Part shown: one piece after another, positions 29,077 through 39,654 of the stretch
Numbering within the stretch: the first letter of the stretch is position 1
Layout of the letters: each line of letters starts with the position of its first letter
Source: an uncultured delta proteobacterium
GTDB taxonomy: Bacteria; Myxococcota; B64-G9
DNA length: 64,000 nt
Direction: 5' to 3'
Assembly: GCA_963754925.1 (NCBI GenBank)
Contig: CAVWHX010000004.1
Location: 736,001 to 800,000 of the forward strand
Translations under genes and position numbers: made by a program
Notes under the pieces: model-generated
The model's database searches: none
What the model was told of the DNA's origin: nothing
The model's input: the letters and a program-made list of their open reading frames with translations, nothing else

Positions 29077-30165
29077 ATGGCCAACCGCGCGTTCATGTCG
29101 AGATCAACCCACTATGCCGCCATGGCCAAGTTACTCCTCAATCTCCTGTTCTGGTTTGTCCGAGCGGCATTTCGTTCTCAACAAGATCTGATTCTTGAGA
29201 ACGTTGCCCTCAGACAACAACTGGCTGTTTTCAAATCCAAGCCTAGACGGCCTGTTCTTCATAATGGTGACCGAGTATTCTGGGTAGCTCTCCGAGAATC
29301 ATGGATGAAGTGGAAGAATGTCCTTATAGTGGTAAAACCCGAAACCGTTGTCCGGTGGCACCAAGAAGGATTCCGTCGCTATTGGCGTTGGAAATCTAAA
29401 TCTGACCGTATGGGTCGAGCGCTCATCCACAGGGAGATTCGAGCGCTTATACGCCAAATGGCCGCCGACAATACTTGGGGTGCTCCCAGAATTCATGCGG
29501 AGTTGTTGAAATTGGGATTTAGAGTATCCGAACGTACTGTCTCTCGCTATATGCCCAAAAAGCCCGCTCCGCCAGATGCCTTGAAAAACTGGATGACCTT
29601 CCTGAAAAACCACCGCGATCTGATCGCCGGAATCGATTTCTTTACCGTTCCCACCATCACGTTCAGTGTACTCTATGTATTTTTTGTCATCATGCATGCG
29701 AGACGACAGATCACCCGGTTCGCTGTTACAACCCATCCCTGTTCAGAATGGGTTGTTCAACAGCTCAGGGAGGCATTTCCCTTCGATACTGCTCCGAAAT
29801 ACCTCATTCTTGATCGAGACAAGAAATTTGAATTCTCCGTATTAAACGCGTTCAAGACGATGAATATAAAGCCGGTAAGAATCGCATGGAAATCACCTTG
29901 GCAGAATGGAGTCGCCGAACGGTGGGTCTTATCAGTACGGCGAGAGCTCCTAGATCATGTGGTGGTGTTGAACCAGGCTCAGTTACGCAGACTCCTTCGG
30001 GAGTATGTCAGTTACTACAACACAGACCGTTGCCATCTTGCTCTCGAAAAAGATTCTCCCAAGAAGCGGCCGGTAACATCACGGCCGTCACCGAATGCCC
30101 AGGTGATTGCATTGCCGAGGGTCGGTGGATTGCACCACCGATACGAATGGCGTGAGGCTGCTTAG
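29077..30165 (+). CDS. Integrase-core (rve) domain transposase, element 2 (right end at 30373)
   Basis: Same motifs as 25734-26789 but diverged; right end TTTTGACGAGGTACA (30359-30373). Confidence 0.9.
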   Translation: MANRAFMSRSTHYAAMAKLLLNLLFWFVRAAFRSQQDLILENVALRQQLAVFKSKPRRPVLHNGDRVFWVALRESWMKWKNVLIVVKPETVVRWHQEGFRRYWRWKSKSDRMGRALIHREIRALIRQMAADNTWGAPRIHAELLKLGFRVSERTVSRYMPKKPAPPDALKNWMTFLKNHRDLIAGIDFFTVPTITFSVLYVFFVIMHARRQITRFAVTTHPCSEWVVQQLREAFPFDTAPKYLILDRDKKFEFSVLNAFKTMNIKPVRIAWKSPWQNGVAERWVLSVRRELLDHVVVLNQAQLRRLLREYVSYYNTDRCHLALEKDSPKKRPVTSRPSPNAQVIALPRVGGLHHRYEWREAA

Positions 30166-30354
30166 GTCTGGATTGGTTGGTTGAGGCCCGACCAATAATT
30201 TTTGTTTCAATGGACACTTCTATCTTTTATCTTTCAGTTCGATTTATTCTTCCTCATGAACAGCATGATCGGCAGTTTTTGGATAAAGAAACTCGGATCA
30301 CGAGATACTTTTAAATTCTCATCTCGCCGTTGATTGCTTGGTTTTCCGTCTGAA

Positions 30355-31740
30355 TTATTTTTGACGAGGTACAGGCGTTTTTCCATCTTTATCTTTCAAT
30401 TTTGGGTTGGCACCCTTTGCCAGCAGTACCTTTACTACCTTAGTGTGGCCCAGGAATGCGGCTCCATGGAGGGGTGTATCACCATCGGAATCTGTCGCGT
30501 TTATATCAGCGCCGTTACTGAGCAACAACTCCACTATCAGAGTACTGTCTTGTTGAGCAGCGATAATGAGAGGCGTCCCGTCTTTAAAAGCTTTTGCGTT
30601 CACATCGGCTCCCTTGGCCAGCAGTAACTTGGCAACATCGGTATGGCCTTGGAAAGAAGCACTACCAAGAGGTGTGGTTTCATTATCGGTTGCCTTCGCG
30701 TTTATGTCGGCTCCCTTACTAAGCAATGCCGTTACTACAGCGGCATGACCATTCTGAGAAGCCAGATGAAGGGGAGTGATACCATTGGGTGCTTTCGTGT
30801 TCACATCGGCGCCCTTTCGAAGCAACATTTCCACCACGTCAATATGGCCGTTCTGGGAAGCTACATGGAGGGATGTAAAGCCTTCGGATGTTTTCGCATT
30901 CACATAGGCGCCCTTACTAAGCAATACCTCGACCACAGTGGCATGACCGTTCTGGGAAGCTGAATGGAGGGATGTAAAACCATTGGTCGTTTTCGCTTTC
31001 ACATCGGCGCCATTGCTAAGCAATACCTCAACCACAGTGGTATGACCGTTCTGGGAGGCCATATGGAGGGGTGTAGCGTCTTCGGATGTCTTCGCATTCA
31101 CGTCGGCACCCTTACTAAGCAACATTTCCACCACGGCGGTATGGCCTTCAACACAGGCTAAAAAGAGTGGTGTAGAACCTGCGTATGTTTTCGCGTTTAC
31201 ATCAGCGCCCCTTGCTAGCAATGTGTTTACCACATCAGCATGACCGCCATAGGAGGCCTCATGCAGTGGCGTCCCGCCATCGGTCTTTTTCGCATTCACA
31301 TCAGCACCCTTGGTAAGTAGCAGCTCCACCATGGCGTTATTGCCTTTTCTTGAGGCCATATGGAGGGATGTCAAACCATTGGCTATTTTCGCATTCACGT
31401 CGGCGCCCTTGCTAAGCAACAGCTCCACTACGGCGTTATAGCCTTCCTGGGAAGCAAAATGGAGGGGTGTCCAGCCACCGGTTGTCTTCGCATTCACATC
31501 GGCACCCTTACTAAGCAACAGCTCCACCACGGCAATATTGCCTTCTTTAGAGGCCATATGAAGGGATGTCCAACCATCGGTTGTCTTCGCGTTCACATCG
31601 GCGCCCCCATCAAGTGGTTTCTGGATATTTGAGGGGTCTTCTTTGCAAACCGCTTCTCTCAACTCTTTCTCACCAGGCGACCGACACGACGAAGCGATTA
31701 TCATCGCAAGAACAAGGACTGGAGCAAGAATCGACCTCAT
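30355..31740 (-). CDS. Ankyrin-repeat lipoprotein, copy 2, 3'-truncated by the rve element
   Basis: Close paralogue of 18454-19983; ends KDGKTP|VPRQK where the last codons come from the element end. Confidence 0.92.
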   Translation of the reverse strand: MRSILAPVLVLAMIIASSCRSPGEKELREAVCKEDPSNIQKPLDGGADVNAKTTDGWTSLHMASKEGNIAVVELLLSKGADVNAKTTGGWTPLHFASQEGYNAVVELLLSKGADVNAKIANGLTSLHMASRKGNNAMVELLLTKGADVNAKKTDGGTPLHEASYGGHADVVNTLLARGADVNAKTYAGSTPLFLACVEGHTAVVEMLLSKGADVNAKTSEDATPLHMASQNGHTTVVEVLLSNGADVKAKTTNGFTSLHSASQNGHATVVEVLLSKGAYVNAKTSEGFTSLHVASQNGHIDVVEMLLRKGADVNTKAPNGITPLHLASQNGHAAVVTALLSKGADINAKATDNETTPLGSASFQGHTDVAKLLLAKGADVNAKAFKDGTPLIIAAQQDSTLIVELLLSNGADINATDSDGDTPLHGAAFLGHTKVVKVLLAKGANPKLKDKDGKTPVPRQK

Positions 31741-31913
31741 GACAACCTCCTAATAATCGAATTCTATAGCATTTCCCTCGAACTGCTTCACCACTAAAAT
31801 ATCTGAATGGAAATGAGCGGGTCCCTCCCCATCTTTCGCGCTGCTATTGACGCGCTTTTGACGCAGCGGAAATGTTTTGAGGAGTTCGCTAACAACCTCT
31901 AACCCATAGGATG

Positions 31914-31951
31914 AGAGATTGTAAGCCTCGCTCTGCTCGGCAACAATCTCT
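31914..31951. repeat. REP-like palindromic element
   Basis: AGAGATTGT-aagcctcgctctgctcggca-ACAATCTCT overlapping the lpxA stop; relatives at 50416-50504 and 59946-59982. Confidence 0.7.
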
Positions 31952-32729
31952 AGCGCGTTATACCGCGTTCGGATTCTCTCAGAAAGACGATGAAATCCTT
32001 CAACTGGGGACAGAGCGGAATTAACTCGGCTTCTATCCTTGAAGCCGCCTCAACCGCCAGGAGATTGGAAAGGAAAGCCAAACGGTACGCGCGGCGCAGT
32101 ATCTTAAGCTGCTCGCTCGAAAAACCACGCCGGCGCAAGCCCACACTGTTAAGGCCGAAAAGCCGCGCGCGGCTGCCGGCCACCTTACAAAAAGGCGCCA
32201 CATCCATCCGTACAACGCTGCCACCGCCAACAAAAGCGTGCGCACCAACGTGCACAAATTGGTGTATGGCGGTGCAGCCGCCGATCACCGCATAATCCTC
32301 GAGGTGAACATGCCCGGCCAGTTGAACGCTATTGGCTATGACCACGTTACTGCCGATCAAGTTGTCGTGGCCTACATGGGAATACGCCATGAGGAACACG
32401 TCCGAACCAATGCGGGTGTATCCTCGCCCCTGCGGCGTTCCGCGATGTACGGTGACAAATTCGCGCACCAAGTTGTGATCTCCCATTTCCAACCGGGTGG
32501 GCTCATTATGGTACTTGATGTCCTGCGGCGCCGTTCCCAGCACGGCATGCGGATAGATGTGATTGTCTGCGCCCATCGTCAAAGGGCCTTCTAAAACCAC
32601 GTGCGCGCCAATTATCGAGCGCGCTCCGATCGCAACGTCGGCGCCTACCACGGTCCACGGCCCTATCTCTACCTGTGACCCCAATTTCGCTGATGGATGC
32701 ACTACCGCCGTCGGATGAACGCAGGTCAC
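31950..32729 (-). CDS. lpxA: Acyl-ACP--UDP-N-acetylglucosamine O-acyltransferase
   Basis: Hexapeptide repeats, PQDIKY, REFVTVHRGT, MAYSHVGHD, HQFVHVG, GLNSVGLRRRGF. Confidence 0.97.
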   Translation of the reverse strand: MTCVHPTAVVHPSAKLGSQVEIGPWTVVGADVAIGARSIIGAHVVLEGPLTMGADNHIYPHAVLGTAPQDIKYHNEPTRLEMGDHNLVREFVTVHRGTPQGRGYTRIGSDVFLMAYSHVGHDNLIGSNVVIANSVQLAGHVHLEDYAVIGGCTAIHQFVHVGAHAFVGGGSVVRMDVAPFCKVAGSRARLFGLNSVGLRRRGFSSEQLKILRRAYRLAFLSNLLAVEAASRIEAELIPLCPQLKDFIVFLRESERGITR

Positions 32730-33739
32730 GCTTCGCTCCCGTTGTTATGCGATGGTTTATGGAGACGTTTCAAGCGCCGCCAGAGGAAAACGCTCTGGAG
32801 CCAGTCTTTGACCGGCATTGCGGGGTAACCCGCCACGCGGGCTCCGGGCTCGACGTGAACACCGACCCCGGACTTGGCCGCCACCTGGGCTCCCCGACCT
32901 ATCACGATATGATCGCTCACCCCCACCTGTCCCCCCAGCAGCGCGCCTTCCTCTACCCGAACGCTGCCGGATAGTCCTACTTGCGCAGCGATCACCACTG
33001 ACGGTCCAATCGTCACATTATGGGCCACATGCACCAGACAATCGATCTTGGTTCCACGACCGATGCGCGTTACTCCCAGGGTTGCGCGCGCCACGGTAGC
33101 GTTGGCGCCGATCTCTACATCATCCTCAATCAGCACCGTACCCACCTGCGGAAGCTTGCGACGGCGCCCGTGTTCCTCAACGAACCCAAAACCGTCGGCC
33201 CCGATTACCGCGCCTGGCCCGATCACAACCCGATCGCCCAGAACACAATGAGCCGCAACAACAGCGTTTACGCCGATGCGGCAGTCCCCGCCCACGTGTG
33301 CGCCTTCATCAATAGACGCGCCGCCGGCTATCATACTGCGCTCACCAATGCGCACCCCCCGGCCCACCCGAGCCGCCCGTTCGATGCACGCCGACGGCGC
33401 TACCTGCGCGCTGGGATCGACCCAGGCGTCGGGGGATATTCCCGGCACCACCGGCATAGGGGGATGAAAGCACTCGAGCACGCGCATGAGCGACGTTCGT
33501 GGTTCTTCGACGAGGAGCACGGCGCAGGGGGCTTGCACGGCAAGCGAGCGTTGGCTGCGAGGCAGCATCACCGCCGAGGCCCTGGTAGTGCGTAGGTTTT
33601 CAGCCTGTCGAAGATCGAGGCAGAGCGATACCTCTCCCTCCTCCGCCAGTTCCAAAGGCGCTACTCCCCGGATGGGGACATCGGCACCAATGAGCTCGGC
33701 GCACAGCAACTGAGCAATCTCACGCAAGGAGCGCTGCAC
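32726..33739 (-). CDS. lpxD: UDP-3-O-(3-hydroxyacyl)glucosamine N-acyltransferase
   Basis: IGADGFGF, PQVG.V.IEDDVEIGAN, GTKIDCLVHVAHNV, AQVGLSGS, GGQVG. Confidence 0.96.
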   Translation of the reverse strand: MQRSLREIAQLLCAELIGADVPIRGVAPLELAEEGEVSLCLDLRQAENLRTTRASAVMLPRSQRSLAVQAPCAVLLVEEPRTSLMRVLECFHPPMPVVPGISPDAWVDPSAQVAPSACIERAARVGRGVRIGERSMIAGGASIDEGAHVGGDCRIGVNAVVAAHCVLGDRVVIGPGAVIGADGFGFVEEHGRRRKLPQVGTVLIEDDVEIGANATVARATLGVTRIGRGTKIDCLVHVAHNVTIGPSVVIAAQVGLSGSVRVEEGALLGGQVGVSDHIVIGRGAQVAAKSGVGVHVEPGARVAGYPAMPVKDWLQSVFLWRRLKRLHKPSHNNGSEA

Positions 33740-33790
33740 AGGTACTCCCGATAATCAACCGCGAATTCCCGCCCTGAAGGCACTTCCCGA

Positions 33791-34336
33791 CTACTTGCCC
33801 TTCTTCGGAGAGGAGCCCACGGGGTGCCGACGATCGTATTCGCGGATCACTTCGTTGGTGAGATCCATTTTTGGCGGGCCGTGCAGGAGCACCTCGGTGC
33901 GCAGGATATAATCCATGCCGTTTCGTTCAGCTACCGTTGCAATGACATCCCGCAACTGCTCCTCGAAGGACCCCAACACATCGGACTTCTTTTTGTTGAT
34001 CTCGTTCTGCGCTTGCATCAAGGCGTTACGCAGGTCTTGTTCCTCTTTGGCCAATGCCTGAGTACGCTCTTTGCGAACGTCCTCCTTGAGCATGGCCTGC
34101 TGTTGCTGGAATTCCTTGGCCTTTTCCTCGAACGTCTTCATGCGATCATCGAACTCCTTTTGTTTGGCGCCAAACTCCTTCTGCAGCCGATCCATGATCG
34201 CCTTACCCTCGGCCGTCCCTTCCAGTACCGCGTTGAGGCTGACGTAGCCTATCTTGCCTGTTTGCGCTTCTGCCGATGAAACAAATGCCACAGCACCGAG
34301 ACAACACATCCCAACCGTTAAAATTGCGTTTCTCAT
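33791..34336 (-). CDS. skp: OmpH/Skp periplasmic chaperone
   Basis: Signal peptide, KIGYV, coiled coil, DLTNEVI; between bamA and lpxD. Confidence 0.92.
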   Translation of the reverse strand: MRNAILTVGMCCLGAVAFVSSAEAQTGKIGYVSLNAVLEGTAEGKAIMDRLQKEFGAKQKEFDDRMKTFEEKAKEFQQQQAMLKEDVRKERTQALAKEEQDLRNALMQAQNEINKKKSDVLGSFEEQLRDVIATVAERNGMDYILRTEVLLHGPPKMDLTNEVIREYDRRHPVGSSPKKGK

Positions 34337-34351
34337 GAAAGCGCCCTCCCG

Positions 34352-36946
34352 TTAGAAAAAATTACCAATCGTAAATTCAAATAACATGGGTCGGTCCCCC
34401 GGTCTTCGGGTAATTGGAAATCCCCACTCGAAGCGCAACGGGCCAATGGGTGAAAACCAGCGGAACCCAAAACCCGAGGACCAGTACAAACCCAACCAGG
34501 TTTCTTGGGAATGATTCACCTCGCTGAGGCGGTTGGAGAAGAAGTTTTCTTTTTCGCCATAGGCATTGCCGCTGTCAAGAAACACAACCCCTTTGATGTT
34601 GATCTGCGGGACGATCGGGAACTCAAACTCGACGTTACCCCAGAGCTCTTTGTCGCCACCGAAATTGTTGCACGCCAAGGGCGAATGCGGATCCCAGCCA
34701 TTGGCCGGGCTACACAGCGGCGGTCCAATCGAACGTGGTTCAAAACCCCGAATGTTGTAAATCCCGCCGAGGAAGTACTTCTCGGATATGGGAACACCGC
34801 CAGAAGCAGTAGACAAGATATACCCTATCTCAAGGTTGGTCTTCAGGACGATACCCCAGATGATCGGGAAATACCAACGCGCAACGCCCGAAAAACGGGT
34901 GAAAACATTTTGACTGACGGTATACGGGCTCGCGTACTCGACAGCACCCTGCAGAAAGTGTCCGTTGCTCGGGAACAGCTTGTCGTTACGGGTGTCCCAC
35001 GTCAGAACCACCTGCACGCTCGAGGTGAAGGCGCTCGAAGACAAGTCGGGCAAGCGTATGCCTGAACCCGCCCTCGTTTCAGGCGAGATAATGACCTTCT
35101 CTAATTTATAGGTTGCGGACAAGCGCCAGTAATCAAAGATCTCGTAACCGAGACCGATATCCCCTCCCCTGGCCGTACGCAGGAACGTTAGATAGTCGAG
35201 TTGTACGCTATAAATCGAAACCGACAGCGCCCAGTTGGTGTCAAAGAAATAGGGTTCAGCGAACTGTAAACTGAAATACTGCCGCATACTCGATAGCTGC
35301 GCCATGAGAGAAAGCGTTTGTCCTCGTCCAAACAGGTTATGTTGGGCTATCTGAGCGGTGCCGATGAGGTTCTCCACCGATGAGAAACCGACACCGATCT
35401 GGAAGGTGCCGGTCGAGCGCTCTTTCACCTCAACCTTGAGAACAATCCGATCCGGGCCGCTGCCTTTTTTCTCTGAGATATCGACCTTCTCGAAAAACCC
35501 TAATGAATTTATCCGTCGTTTCGAGGTCTCCAAACCGCTTCCCGAGTAGAGTTCACCCTCATAGACGCGCATCTGGCGGCGGATGACCTTGTCGCGCGTC
35601 TTAACGTTGCCGGCGATCTCCACCCGTTCGATGTACACCTTCGCGCCACTCTGAACGCTGAACGCTATGTCAACTATCCGCGCGCTGCTGTCAACACTGA
35701 CATTAGGAACCACCTCGGCATATGCGTACCCGCGATCTTTGTAGATTTCTTGGACCCGGAGCATACCCGTATTGAGCTGCATCCGGCTAAATATCTCTCC
35801 GGTTGGAATCGCCATCAGCTCCCTAAGCACCTGGCTCTTGAGCTGTTGCAGGATCTCGTTATGCATCTGCTCCCGCAGCGGCTCTCCCGCCGGTCGTGGG
35901 GGTTGATCTTCCTCCCAGATGGATCGATCGATACGTTGCGCGACTTCCTTGCGAATATCCGCGAGCACCGCGAGGGTAAGCGCGCTGATTTCAGCCGGGT
36001 TGTACTTATCGGCCAGGGCGTGCTCGAGATCCTTTGAAAACACCAAACCAGTTCCGCCCGCCGCTTGGAACTTTTTGATGGTGGCGAGCAACGACTTGTC
36101 GTCGACCAGCAAACTGTCCGTAAAGGAAGTATTGCCGAAGCGGAACTGTTCGCCCTCCTCTATCGGGAAGGCGATAAACAATGAGCTGCGATCGCGGCTG
36201 ATCTCGATGATTGGTTCCCCCACCTTCACGTTGATGTAGCCATGGTTGTAGTAGTAGTCGCTGATCATGAATTGGTCACGCTTGATAAGCTCTTCCTTAT
36301 AGGTGCCGGATGATGTCAAAAAGGAAAAAAACCCTCCCTCCTTAGTGGCCATTATCTCTTTGAGATCGTCGTCAGCAACCTTGATATTGCCTAAAAAAGA
36401 AATACGTTTGACCTGCACCTTAGCATGCTCATCGATGACAAAGGTGAGATCAACTTGATTGCCGGACACCGACGTGAGTTCGTAGGTGACATCAGCCAGG
36501 TAGAAACCCTTTTCCACATAGAGGTCGTGAATCTTCTCGGCGTTTTTCTTAATTTTACCAATGTCCAAAACCGACAGCGGCTGGATATCAACGACCTCCT
36601 TGATCTTATCAAGGTCAATTTCGTGGTTGCCGGTGTACTTAATCGAGGCAATCGCCGGCTTCTCGCTGACGACAAAGATCAGCTTTTTACCCGAGGGAGA
36701 GTCCTCGACCTCAGCCCGAACATCATCAAAATAACCCAACCCGAAGATAGCCTTGATATCCGCAGCCACCTGCTCGGCACTCAAGGGTTTACCGAGTTGA
36801 GACTTCAACACGAGCTGAATGGCATCCGCCTCGACGCGCTTATTGCCGCGGATTTCGATCCCTTCAAGAACCTGAGCCGCGGCTGTCGGGAGCCAGCTGC
36901 AGAGCAGCACCGCCATCCATATGGAGGAGCGCATCGAACGCATCAT
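34352..36946 (-). CDS. bamA: Outer membrane protein assembly factor BamA (with ~85-aa insertion)
   Basis: POTRA repeats ([18 protein letters not shown]), NLFGRGQ, IRGF motif, [14 protein letters not shown]-terminal FF. Confidence 0.97.
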   Translation of the reverse strand: MMRSMRSSIWMAVLLCSWLPTAAAQVLEGIEIRGNKRVEADAIQLVLKSQLGKPLSAEQVAADIKAIFGLGYFDDVRAEVEDSPSGKKLIFVVSEKPAIASIKYTGNHEIDLDKIKEVVDIQPLSVLDIGKIKKNAEKIHDLYVEKGFYLADVTYELTSVSGNQVDLTFVIDEHAKVQVKRISFLGNIKVADDDLKEIMATKEGGFFSFLTSSGTYKEELIKRDQFMISDYYYNHGYINVKVGEPIIEISRDRSSLFIAFPIEEGEQFRFGNTSFTDSLLVDDKSLLATIKKFQAAGGTGLVFSKDLEHALADKYNPAEISALTLAVLADIRKEVAQRIDRSIWEEDQPPRPAGEPLREQMHNEILQQLKSQVLRELMAIPTGEIFSRMQLNTGMLRVQEIYKDRGYAYAEVVPNVSVDSSARIVDIAFSVQSGAKVYIERVEIAGNVKTRDKVIRRQMRVYEGELYSGSGLETSKRRINSLGFFEKVDISEKKGSGPDRIVLKVEVKERSTGTFQIGVGFSSVENLIGTAQIAQHNLFGRGQTLSLMAQLSSMRQYFSLQFAEPYFFDTNWALSVSIYSVQLDYLTFLRTARGGDIGLGYEIFDYWRLSATYKLEKVIISPETRAGSGIRLPDLSSSAFTSSVQVVLTWDTRNDKLFPSNGHFLQGAVEYASPYTVSQNVFTRFSGVARWYFPIIWGIVLKTNLEIGYILSTASGGVPISEKYFLGGIYNIRGFEPRSIGPPLCSPANGWDPHSPLACNNFGGDKELWGNVEFEFPIVPQINIKGVVFLDSGNAYGEKENFFSNRLSEVNHSQETWLGLYWSSGFGFRWFSPIGPLRFEWGFPITRRPGDRPMLFEFTIGNFF

Positions 36947-37656
36947 ACCGCTGCCTTCCCGTCTCCCGCAGCCACTTTCGCCGTCTCCACAATTCTTCCC
37001 TCGCGCAGAATCAAGGTGCGTGGGAGCCGTTCCGCTAACCGTTGATTATGGGTCACCATGATGGTGGTCATACCGAAACGCCGGTTGAGATCAAACAATA
37101 AGTGATTAATCCCATCACCCGTTTCCTCATCGAGGTTGCCGGTGGGTTCATCAGCCAGAAGGAGGCGCGGCTTCAGTAACAACGCCCGAGCCACCGCCAC
37201 CCGTTGCTGTTCTCCACCGGATAGCTCCACCGGTCGGTGATCAAGCCTATCGATCAGCCCAACCTCTCGTAACATTTCGGTTGCGAACACGGCTGCTTTC
37301 TGACGCGGCACCCGTTGAATCAAAGCAGGCATCATGGTGTTTTCCAATGCGGTGAATTCTGGCAAAAGATGGTGGAACTGGAACACGAACCCAATCGTTC
37401 GATTACGAAACGACGCGAGCTGGTTCGGGGTAAAATCATGCACATTTTCACCTCGAATCCGAATCGTGCCGGAACTGGGTTGATCCAGGGTGCCCAAAAG
37501 GTGCAACAACGTGCTCTTGCCGGCCCCCGAAGGACCCACGACCGCAACCATCTCGCCCGGCATAACTTCAAAGCTTATCCCCCGCAGCACCGGAACAAGC
37601 TTCCTGGCCAATCGGTAGGTCTTGACAAGATCCTGTGCAGCTACCAGTGGTTCCAC
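36943..37656 (-). CDS. lolD: Lipoprotein-releasing ABC transporter ATPase
   Basis: [46 protein letters not shown]. Confidence 0.94.
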   Translation of the reverse strand: MEPLVAAQDLVKTYRLARKLVPVLRGISFEVMPGEMVAVVGPSGAGKSTLLHLLGTLDQPSSGTIRIRGENVHDFTPNQLASFRNRTIGFVFQFHHLLPEFTALENTMMPALIQRVPRQKAAVFATEMLREVGLIDRLDHRPVELSGGEQQRVAVARALLLKPRLLLADEPTGNLDEETGDGINHLLFDLNRRFGMTTIMVTHNQRLAERLPRTLILREGRIVETAKVAAGDGKAAV

Positions 37657-37788
37657 ACCATAAACCTTTCTCTCCCTAAAAAAATCTCTGATGCGCTCTG
37701 CTCATCTGCCCACTTAAATCCGATAAACACCAGTGCGTTTCGCTCCAATATCACAATTTCCTTTGTTTCACGTACATATTTCTCAAAG

Positions 37789-39648
37789 TCAATCGTACCG
37801 CAGGCCTTCAACCGGCCTCAAACGCGAAGCTCGGTTAGCTGGGTAAATGGTTGCAATAAAGCTGATGTGCAACGCTATCCCCGCAATCAGGATAAACTCA
37901 ATGGAATCCAGGTTGACCGGCAACTTTTCGATATAGTACACCTCTGAATTGAGCTGAATGCCATAATTCATGAGCCACTCACAAACGCCAAATCCCATGA
38001 TGAGCCCTAATGCCGTTCCAACAACCCCGATGGCAATACCCTCAAACATAAAGATTTTCATTACTCCATCACCGGTCGAGCCCATTGATTTTAGGATGGC
38101 GATCTCCTTGATTTTCTCCCACACCAGCATTATCAGCGTCGAGATGATCCCAAAGGATGATACCAACGTAACGATCACCACTAAAATGAACATGCCGATC
38201 TTCTCCATTTTGAGGGCGGAGAAAAGGTTTCCGTTCATTTGGTACCAGGTCCGGGTGTAGTAGGGACTGCCGTCGAGAGCAGAAACAATCTCGTTGCAAA
38301 TCTTACCGGCGCGATCCAGGTTGTCGAACCTAAGCTGGATACCGGTGATTGAGTCATCCATGCCAAAGAAGTTTTGAGCATCCTTCAGGGTGATGGCCAC
38401 CGATTTGGCGTCATACTCATACATGCCGGTGTAAAATACCCCCGCCACTCGAAAAGCGCGGGCCTTGGGCACTGGTCCGGCTGGACCAAGCTCTTCACTC
38501 AATGGCGAGACGACATTAATCCGATCGCCAACATTCACACGCAGGATTTTCCGAAGCTCTTTTCCGATAAGGATGCCAGCCACCGGCTTTGCGCGCTCCG
38601 TTGATACGATCAGCGGTTCTGGCACGGGAATCTCGTCTTCGGCAGCGGCCTTGGGTGCATGCGGCGAACGAGAGGTGGCATCTGCTGGCGCCGAGGGGAG
38701 GGTCTCATGCCGCTCGTCGTGAGACGCAAGGTCTTTCTGAGGTATCGGCATATCGTTCTGCAGCGGTTTTTCACTATCCTCCTCGCCCTTCGATAACCGG
38801 TCCTTCCGGTTGAGGTCATCGAGATAGGCATCGATCTTCTCGGGATGGCGAAGGAGATCGAGGCTGCCCTCCTCGATGCTCTGGTTCATATCGGTCACTT
38901 CCGAACTCGTATCAATATCGATACCGCGGATAAAGATCCCCGCGATGTTGTACGCGGAGGAAACCATCACCTCGTTGTAGACAAACGGGCTGGCCGCCAC
39001 GACCCCCGGCACGCGCTTGATCTTTTCAAGCACGGTGCGATATTCGGTGAAATCGGTGCCGATCTTCTGGACAATCGCGTGCGCGTTAACCCCGACGATT
39101 TTTTCTTTGAGATCAGTCTCGAACCCGCTCATGACACTCAAAACGACGATCATAGCCGCCACGCCCAAGGCCACCCCGACCACTGATATGGCGGTTATCA
39201 TCTTGAACCGCAGATAACGCAATCCGACAAAAAACGGGTAGAAAAGCCCTCCACCACGGGCTAAGAAGATCACGAAGGCAGTAAGATACAACGCTGCAAA
39301 AAAACTTTCGAACTTCAGCAACAGCTCGACAACGTTGTCCAACCCAATTTGAAAATCGTCCCGGATCCAGTAGCGCGCCAGCACCGCGAGGCTGCACAAA
39401 AACCCCTCAAGTGACGGAAAGTATCTCACCAGCAGTCCGAGCAGAAGCCCGGTTCCCACACCCCCGCCAGCAACCAGCATGTAGGATACAGCGGCTGAAC
39501 TGGGGTCGAGGTCGGGAGCAACCCTCTTAAGGATAAATTCGCCACATACGAGAAGCCCGATGCTTAAGGCCAGTCCCCCTCCGATTGCCTTGACAAAGGA
39601 TGCGACATCACGCTGCTTGTCCAAGTTTCCTCCCGACCGGCAGTGCAC
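37789..39648 (-). CDS. LolC/LolE-family lipoprotein-releasing permease with N-terminal membrane extension
   Basis: GLRYLR, ISVVGVALGV, VLSVMSGF, GMYEYD, LFSALKMEK, EIAILKSMG, YPA.RASRL.PVEGLRYD. Confidence 0.92.
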   Translation of the reverse strand: MHCRSGGNLDKQRDVASFVKAIGGGLALSIGLLVCGEFILKRVAPDLDPSSAAVSYMLVAGGGVGTGLLLGLLVRYFPSLEGFLCSLAVLARYWIRDDFQIGLDNVVELLLKFESFFAALYLTAFVIFLARGGGLFYPFFVGLRYLRFKMITAISVVGVALGVAAMIVVLSVMSGFETDLKEKIVGVNAHAIVQKIGTDFTEYRTVLEKIKRVPGVVAASPFVYNEVMVSSAYNIAGIFIRGIDIDTSSEVTDMNQSIEEGSLDLLRHPEKIDAYLDDLNRKDRLSKGEEDSEKPLQNDMPIPQKDLASHDERHETLPSAPADATSRSPHAPKAAAEDEIPVPEPLIVSTERAKPVAGILIGKELRKILRVNVGDRINVVSPLSEELGPAGPVPKARAFRVAGVFYTGMYEYDAKSVAITLKDAQNFFGMDDSITGIQLRFDNLDRAGKICNEIVSALDGSPYYTRTWYQMNGNLFSALKMEKIGMFILVVIVTLVSSFGIISTLIMLVWEKIKEIAILKSMGSTGDGVMKIFMFEGIAIGVVGTALGLIMGFGVCEWLMNYGIQLNSEVYYIEKLPVNLDSIEFILIAGIALHISFIATIYPANRASRLRPVEGLRYD

Positions 39649-39654
39649 CGTTCA

